From positions 1 to 50,392 of IMG/VR virus record IMGVR_UViG_3300048592_000543: DNA of 50,392 bases, one strand, 5' to 3'. This DNA comes from a virus (lineage: Duplodnaviria > Caudoviricetes). The notes under the pieces were generated by a model that was not told the origin of the DNA, ran no database searches, and was given only the letters and a program-made list of their open reading frames with translations. Below are positions 44,811 through 50,392 of this stretch, one piece after another; within the stretch, counting starts at the first letter, position 1, and each line of letters begins with the position of its first letter. Position numbers and translations under genes: made by a program.

Positions 44811-47103
44811 TTGGCTGTGCCTCGCTTTCTTGGCTTTGAAATTGTGCCATCTCTTTCGCTGGTAAAATTATGAACGTGCATCGGCAATTTATCACGTTTG
44901 CCGCGCTTCCGTTTGGATCCCTTGGAAATTCTAGCATCTCACCAGTTCTCGGTTCTCTGAATGATTTATCATGATCAACAACTTGACCATGAAGCCCCCA
45001 ATGATCGCATTTACTATCTGCATATAAGCCGCCTGGATTTCCTCTTGTGCGGTTATCTTCTGTTGAAATCCATAGCTTCTTGAGATCTGGGATTGTCTTT
45101 GAAGCTTCTTTTGTGAGATTGTTCTGACCAATTGAGAGCGCGCCTAAAACTTCAGTCCTTGAAATCCTATCGGCTCGGTACATAATCTTATCGGCGTTAG
45201 AATAGACACCAGCAATTTGATTTGCTATTTGCTGAACAGTATCAGAATTATCGATCCCTCGACGAATAATGCGATAAACATCATTCGTTGTTTTTTCATT
45301 CATCAATTCAAATGTTCTTCTGGCTCTTTTCTCCAAATCTTTTTTCATGTCGTTTTTGACTTTCTCAGTCAACTCTGGGAGTTTTTCCTCTACCCTAAAC
45401 GGCAAATCTTCGCCGAGAACATAACCAGCAATGCTTACTCCATGCGCTATTGTTTTATACTGATTAAGCCAATCGCTTGCATAGCCAGCAATTTCAGCAG
45501 CTATGATTTCTTTTATAAATTTTTCTTCTTTTGAATCTGTTTCTTTCGCTTTTTTTGGAGATGCTTTTTCGAGAATTTTATCAAGCTTTTTTATCACTGA
45601 TACTGATTGATCAGCGAAAAGCTTAACAACATTCTGTGCTATTTTTTTTTGAGGATCATTGACAGCTTTTGCGATTTCTCTTTTATGTCTTTCAAACCAA
45701 TCGCCGTTTTTTTTAATCAGAATATCGGCGGTGTTATCTTTTGTTTCTTGAGATTCAATTGCGTGAACATCTTCAATTTTATTAACTGATTTTAGATTGT
45801 CCGCGAATGTGTGAAGACCAAAAAAAGGCATTTGCTGATTTTGCGTGAATCCAGGCAATGCATCGCCGCCCTCAATCGGCGGTAGTTTGTAGAGCTTTTC
45901 CCTTACTTCATTTATTGTGTGCGTCTTCAGAAGTCCGGCAGCAATATTAGCTTTTTCAATCTCATTTTCCTTGAGGATATCAACGTTTGAATTGTCAAAC
46001 TGAACAAAATATTGATCACCTAGAAGAAGTTTGTATGATCTATTGAATTCTCCAGAAATAATATTTTGCATTGGAATGATTGTTGATGACCAGAAATTTT
46101 TCAGCGCTGTTCGATACTCCTCAGATCCCAAAGAACCAGCTGTTTGCAATCCTACCTCATGCTTAGGCACCTTAAGTAGTGATAGGATATCTTCCCTATT
46201 GAGCGTTACATAGTCCTTCAACTGCTGATCTGCAAGCGTAGCAGCTATCTGTTTAACCGTTACACCCTTGGGCAAAACCATTGTGCGCCTCTGGTTTTTC
46301 CTGCCAGTGTATGCAGCCTCAAACGATCTCAAAAGCCTTAGAGCGCTATGCTCGTTAGCCTCTCCCGTCATCTCCAAAGCATTGCCAGATGTTGCGCCTT
46401 TGAGATAGAAATTGTTGAGATATTCGCTTGTGAATCTGCCAAAAAGAACAGATTTTCTACCTGGAACAAAAGGAGAAAGACCCCAAAACATAGAATCGGG
46501 GTTTGGTCTTCGCGCATGAATAATCTCTTTTACCGGATACGTTCCCTCAAGCTCTTTTAACTGTTCCAACCAATTAAAATTGTACCTGCGATATTGCGAT
46601 AGATTTTTTTCTTTATCAAAGATCAAAAGAATTTGATTTGATGGGAGATGAAAAAGCGTTTGCCCAAATGGACCTTTCCATAAAATCCCATTACCCATAA
46701 GCACTAGGTCAACAGCGTAACAATACATTAGCTCATGATAATCTTGGAACGAATTCGGGTTATTTATCGTTTTTTGAAGTGGATGGTTTGGGGCTGGTTC
46801 AACCATCTCTTCGCCATTTTCCTTTAAGATCTTTCGATAAACAACAAGCTTTTGTGTGCTTATTTTTAATGCAACAAGATCGCAAATAACGTAAACCCAA
46901 TGCTCATCTGAGAAAAGGTTTTTCAAAGATTGCTGATCGATCAGCGCTCTTTCTTCTTCAGAAAAAACCCCCGACAAATCAGAATAATCTGTTGCATATG
47001 AGAAAGATTTTATTTCTCTTTCTGCTTGCTGATTTGTTAGCGCCGAGTATTCGCGTAAAATCTTGTTTAGCGATTTCACTTCATTGTTTTCTATAGTGTC
47101 CAT
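44803..47103 (-). CDS. Portal protein fused to MuF/SPP1 gp7-like head morphogenesis domain
   Basis: N-terminal WVYVIC...NPN...GNG...IIHAR...GLSP portal; C-terminal RISRTE...KKLW...INCRC. Confidence 0.9.
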   Translation of the reverse strand: MDTIENNEVKSLNKILREYSALTNQQAEREIKSFSYATDYSDLSGVFSEEERALIDQQSLKNLFSDEHWVYVICDLVALKISTQKLVVYRKILKENGEEMVEPAPNHPLQKTINNPNSFQDYHELMYCYAVDLVLMGNGILWKGPFGQTLFHLPSNQILLIFDKEKNLSQYRRYNFNWLEQLKELEGTYPVKEIIHARRPNPDSMFWGLSPFVPGRKSVLFGRFTSEYLNNFYLKGATSGNALEMTGEANEHSALRLLRSFEAAYTGRKNQRRTMVLPKGVTVKQIAATLADQQLKDYVTLNREDILSLLKVPKHEVGLQTAGSLGSEEYRTALKNFWSSTIIPMQNIISGEFNRSYKLLLGDQYFVQFDNSNVDILKENEIEKANIAAGLLKTHTINEVREKLYKLPPIEGGDALPGFTQNQQMPFFGLHTFADNLKSVNKIEDVHAIESQETKDNTADILIKKNGDWFERHKREIAKAVNDPQKKIAQNVVKLFADQSVSVIKKLDKILEKASPKKAKETDSKEEKFIKEIIAAEIAGYASDWLNQYKTIAHGVSIAGYVLGEDLPFRVEEKLPELTEKVKNDMKKDLEKRARRTFELMNEKTTNDVYRIIRRGIDNSDTVQQIANQIAGVYSNADKIMYRADRISRTEVLGALSIGQNNLTKEASKTIPDLKKLWISTEDNRTRGNPGGLYADSKCDHWGLHGQVVDHDKSFREPRTGEMLEFPRDPNGSAANVINCRCTFIILPAKEMAQFQSQESEAQPNE

Positions 47104-47111
47104 TTTCGTTC

Positions 47112-48494
47112 CTATAGATCATCATCAATTAACTCACTGTAATATTTCTCTAATTCTGTTTTATCCGCTTGGGATTCTTTTTGCAAATCATCAAGATATT
47201 TTATTTCCAGCGAATGATCAGAGTACATGATAGATCCGTAATAGCCAAGCACCAAACTCATAACAATATCATCATGTTTGCCAGCTGGAGCATTGTAGCT
47301 AACTGTCCCGATGGAATTTGTTTTGCATTCATAGGATTTCAGTTCATCCAACGCCATAGACCAGTTAGGGATACTCAAATCTGATTGCTCAAACCCAGTT
47401 ATCAGTTTCAGGACATATTCTGATTTTAGCGCATTGTTCCAAGTTATGCCACGGTACGGCTGATTAATATATGCCATCATGTCATCTATTGCTTCCCCGA
47501 CTCCAGTTTTATCGTGCAAGATCATTTCAACGCGCATAAATTTGCGACAAAAAAAAGAGAGCATTCTTACTTGTTCGGTGTACGGTCTTCGGTGAAAATG
47601 CATAAAACCGACGAGCTTTCTTGTTGCGATGTCGAAAGCAGTGAAGCATGAAAAATCTATCGTCTTCGCCCAATCGGCACCAACGGTAACAACACAGTGG
47701 ATTGCATTTTCTGCATACCAGCTTTTAACATCGCCGCTAATGTCAAGTGGATCACCAAAAACACAATCGGAATAACCGCTAAAAACCGTACCATCGCCGA
47801 TAAATTCAGCTAAATAATATTGCTGGTAAAGCCTCCAAGGCATTTCCTTTTTTGCGTTTTCAACGACTTGAGGATCAATAAATTTATTTTCTATTGTCCG
47901 CGCATGAATAAAAAGCTTTTCGTATGGTTTGTTGTTTTTAAAACACCACTCCATTGAATCTTTTGATTCCATGCATTTATCATAAAACCAGTTCTTGCCG
48001 AATGGATATGATATAAAGATCATCGGCCCTTTTGTTTTTGTGACCGTTGTTCTTGCCGATGCATGTACTTGTGCGGTTTGTTTTGCGGCTTCGTCAACGA
48101 CATAAGAATGAATCCCATCGCCTTCTAAACTTGATGGATTCTGACCATGCCAAAATTCAAAGCGAATATTTTGCCCTGGAAGTGTAATCGAATTATCAGA
48201 TTTGTTCTCTAATGTATCCGGCTTTCCTGGTAGGATTTTTCTGAAATACGCTTTTGGTTGCCTTGTTTGCGAATAGATCGGAGCAATCCATCGATGAACA
48301 GTATCTGGCTTTGACATTGCGTAAACAATTTGAGCAACACTTGACGAAATCGTCTTTCCAAATTTTGTACCGGCGCATATCCATATTTCTCTAATGCCAG
48401 GATAAGAAAGCGATTGGTAAATAAATTCCTGTTTTTTGGAATGCGATTCAGGCGGTTTTATTTCGATTTCATGCAATTCATTCAATGCATTCAC
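47112..48494 (-). CDS. terL: Terminase large subunit
   Basis: Walker A-like GTKFGKT, Walker B YVVDEAA, nuclease GADWA...DKTGVG...HDDIVMS. Confidence 0.92.
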   Translation of the reverse strand: MNALNELHEIEIKPPESHSKKQEFIYQSLSYPGIREIWICAGTKFGKTISSSVAQIVYAMSKPDTVHRWIAPIYSQTRQPKAYFRKILPGKPDTLENKSDNSITLPGQNIRFEFWHGQNPSSLEGDGIHSYVVDEAAKQTAQVHASARTTVTKTKGPMIFISYPFGKNWFYDKCMESKDSMEWCFKNNKPYEKLFIHARTIENKFIDPQVVENAKKEMPWRLYQQYYLAEFIGDGTVFSGYSDCVFGDPLDISGDVKSWYAENAIHCVVTVGADWAKTIDFSCFTAFDIATRKLVGFMHFHRRPYTEQVRMLSFFCRKFMRVEMILHDKTGVGEAIDDMMAYINQPYRGITWNNALKSEYVLKLITGFEQSDLSIPNWSMALDELKSYECKTNSIGTVSYNAPAGKHDDIVMSLVLGYYGSIMYSDHSLEIKYLDDLQKESQADKTELEKYYSELIDDDL

Positions 48495-48735
48495 GCGCTA
48501 AATTGTGTATCCCTTTTGGGTTTTTTAACCAGTGTCCTTTTTCATTAAACCAGTGATACTTTCCTAATAGTATCTCATGTCCGCTAATCGTTTCTACAAT
48601 TCTGCCCTTGTATTCATATTCCGGTTTTCCCTGTGCTTGTTTTCTTTCCAAAATATGTACTTTGTTACCAGCTTTAGACCAATATTTTTTTCCCACGTTT
48701 ATATATTCACCGATCACTATCGATTGTACTATCAT
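48478..48735 (-). CDS. Hypothetical protein
   Basis: Coupled ORF, VGKKY..KAGNKV pattern. Confidence 0.6.
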   Translation of the reverse strand: MIVQSIVIGEYINVGKKYWSKAGNKVHILERKQAQGKPEYEYKGRIVETISGHEILLGKYHWFNEKGHWLKNPKGIHNLARECIE

Positions 48736-48892
48736 CTTTTTTTCTCACTATTTTTGCTGCGCGAGTGATTTTTATTTCTTCTTTGGCTGTGATCGCTATA
48801 CCAACTTTTCTACCCAATTTTTTAACATACTTGATTTCGATATCGCCGATCTTTACACTATCGCCGATGTCAATGGTAGTCATCAAAGCCAT
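48707..48892 (-). CDS. csrA: CsrA/RsmA-like RNA-binding protein
   Basis: MALMTTIDIGDSVKIGDIEIK...KVGIAITAKEEIKITR aligns with CsrA ML.LTR..GE.I.IG.DI.I...VRIGI.AP..V.V.R; GAGGAG RBS. Confidence 0.65.
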   Translation of the reverse strand: MALMTTIDIGDSVKIGDIEIKYVKKLGRKVGIAITAKEEIKITRAAKIVRKKDDSTIDSDR

Positions 48893-48901
48893 TATCACTC
48901 C

Positions 48902-49408
48902 TCAAGTTTCTGAGTATTCCGCTTTGATAATATGGCCCGAAATTTCTTCTTTTACAATCTCTTGTAGCAGTGTTCCGTCTGGGGTTATCGAAGTTTTATA
49001 TGCGATGATCCGATCTTTGATTGTGTCTGGTAGGCTATTAAGATGCCTTGTGAGCGCGATTTTAACCGCCGCCAAAGATATTGCCGGATTCTCATGATCG
49101 ATCAATTCAATCAGCTTTCTAGCGGCCTTCTGTGCCGCTTCTTCAAGCAAAGAATCCGTTGTTGCTAAAATTTTTTGCAGCGCCAATCTGAACGCTGGCT
49201 TTTTACGCCTTAGCCTTATAAATGATTCTGTTGTATTAAAAATCTTAGCAAGCTTTGTCGATTTTATATCTGGATAAGATGCAATCATCTTTATCATTAG
49301 TCTGTCAAAATCATCTAGCTCAAGATAATATTCAATAGAATTTTCATTACTCGCCGTCGGTTCAAAACGGCGTGACTGTTCTGAGGTTTTTTGCGGTAAG
49401 TTAGTCAT
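48902..49408 (-). CDS. Putative terminase small subunit (HTH)
   Basis: HTH STKLAKIFNTTESFIRLRRKKPAF, then A...L..L...AISLAAVKIAL; upstream of terL. Confidence 0.6.
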   Translation of the reverse strand: MTNLPQKTSEQSRRFEPTASNENSIEYYLELDDFDRLMIKMIASYPDIKSTKLAKIFNTTESFIRLRRKKPAFRLALQKILATTDSLLEEAAQKAARKLIELIDHENPAISLAAVKIALTRHLNSLPDTIKDRIIAYKTSITPDGTLLQEIVKEEISGHIIKAEYSET

Positions 49409-49434
49409 TCGTCACGCCCTAGAGAGTTCTATTT

Positions 49435-49758
49435 TCATTTTGGCATGTCTTCGTCCCACTCGACAAGCTCATTTTCGCTCGAGTCTTCGCTGTCAACGGC
49501 CTCTAATTCCCTTGGAGCGTAAAACCGATCAACCAAAAATTTTACATTACTGCTAGCCTGTTCTTTGCCCATCTTCTCGATCTTATTCACACAAAAACTA
49601 AGTGCTTTGATCTCTTGTTGATAGTTATCTTCTTCACCACAAACCATCTTCAAAAGAGCATTCAAAACTCTTTTTCTTTGATCTTCGGACAAAGACACTA
49701 GCTTTTTCGCCATCACTTGCAAAACAGCAAACTCCATTTTTACTTGATCAACAGTCAT
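49435..49758 (-). CDS. Hypothetical protein with two-fold internal repeat
   Basis: GGGGG RBS; first gene of the late arm. Confidence 0.65.
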   Translation of the reverse strand: MTVDQVKMEFAVLQVMAKKLVSLSEDQRKRVLNALLKMVCGEEDNYQQEIKALSFCVNKIEKMGKEQASSNVKFLVDRFYAPRELEAVDSEDSSENELVEWDEDMPK

Positions 49759-49851
49759 ATAGAAAACCCCCTTTTTTCTTTCACAAATAGAAAAATCAGT
49801 TTATTCCTATGCTATTCAATTCAAAAATGCAACAAAATTGAGGTGGGTTTT

Positions 49852-50392
49852 ATGTTTACTTTTCCAGGCAATTCTCGGAATAATTTATCAAACACCAAAA
49901 AGCAAACAATCCAAAAAATATCCTACACGCCGAGCTATTTGATCCCGATATCGATCAGGCGCGTTGGAGCCGATCAGCAAATTAAAAAAACAAAAATCAC
50001 AATGACGTGCTGTTTCGAGGTTTTTTCTGAAAAATTCGATGATGAGCCATCATTTCTTTTGAATGACTTTCTCGCCAAATATCTAAAAAAATATTGGAGC
50101 GGTTTTGTTTTGTTAAATCCATCTGACCAGGAGTCGGAAGCGATCTGCAATTTCCATGATTGGAAATATAGACATATGATGAGAATAGACAGTACTAATT
50201 TCGCAAACCCTACAATCGAAAACATCTCATTAGAGCTTTATTTTTGCATAAAAATGTTGATAGATTTTTTCGATCATAAATTAGTTTCTCTTTCAGTCGC
50301 TGAAAATTTTGTCTTTCGTACTGTGCATGAGCTATCGAGAAATCGATCAGATATCTACAAAAAATCTCTTTTATCAAGATGGGTAGAGTCGT
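49852..50392 (+). CDS. Degenerate QueD/6-pyruvoyl-tetrahydropterin synthase-like protein (197 aa, continues to 180 across the origin)
   Basis: GAGGTGG RBS, ATG 49852, no stop to window end; KYW...LLNPSD...NPTIENISLEL...LVSLSVAE resembles the QueD C-terminal half. Confidence 0.6.
   Translation, partial: MFTFPGNSRNNLSNTKKQTIQKISYTPSYLIPISIRRVGADQQIKKTKITMTCCFEVFSEKFDDEPSFLLNDFLAKYLKKYWSGFVLLNPSDQESEAICNFHDWKYRHMMRIDSTNFANPTIENISLELYFCIKMLIDFFDHKLVSLSVAENFVFRTVHELSRNRSDIYKKSLLSRWVES
50266..50392. repeat. Terminal direct repeat copy 2 (circular contig overlap)
   Basis: Identical to 1-127. Confidence 0.95.

Noticed and set aside
49974-50225. 83-aa - strand ORF
   Set aside because: Lies antisense to the longer origin-spanning ORF that has an RBS and a recognisable motif
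50266-50392. 127-bp repeat as a biological terminal repeat or att site
   Set aside because: Length equals a standard assembly k-mer and it falls mid-ORF; best explained as circular overlap

Overview
The window is an apparently complete, circularly permuted genome (about 50,265 bp; the last 127 bp repeat the first 127 bp, typical of an assembler overlap) of an AT-rich tailed dsDNA phage with siphovirus-like organisation and standard genetic code. The + strand arm (49852 across the origin to 6836) carries a degenerate QueD-like ORF, RecE-like exonuclease, ERF annealing protein, replication initiator and helicase loader, VRR-NUC nuclease, ParB-domain protein and a T7-lysozyme-type amidase. The long - strand arm (49758 to about 14776) carries terminase, a CsrA-like protein, portal-MuF fusion, prohead protease, HK97-fold capsid, head-tail and tail genes with a -1 frameshifted tail chaperone, tape measure, tail tip and fibre genes and a free-standing GIY-YIG endonuclease. 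No integrase, DNA polymerase, tRNA or CRISPR array was seen. The most striking accessory feature is a tandem pair of near-identical Ala/Gln/Asn-rich genes (7702-8925) whose N-termini match the RebB (R-body) motif in register. The genome also encodes several signal-peptide proteins: a CAP/SCP protein, a papain-family protease fused to a VHL-beta-like domain, and two tail-fibre-like proteins. A repeated operator/leader system (GCATCA-N4-TGATGC, a covarying hairpin and a possible antisense loop) precedes early genes. All family assignments are by motif recognition from memory, not database searches.
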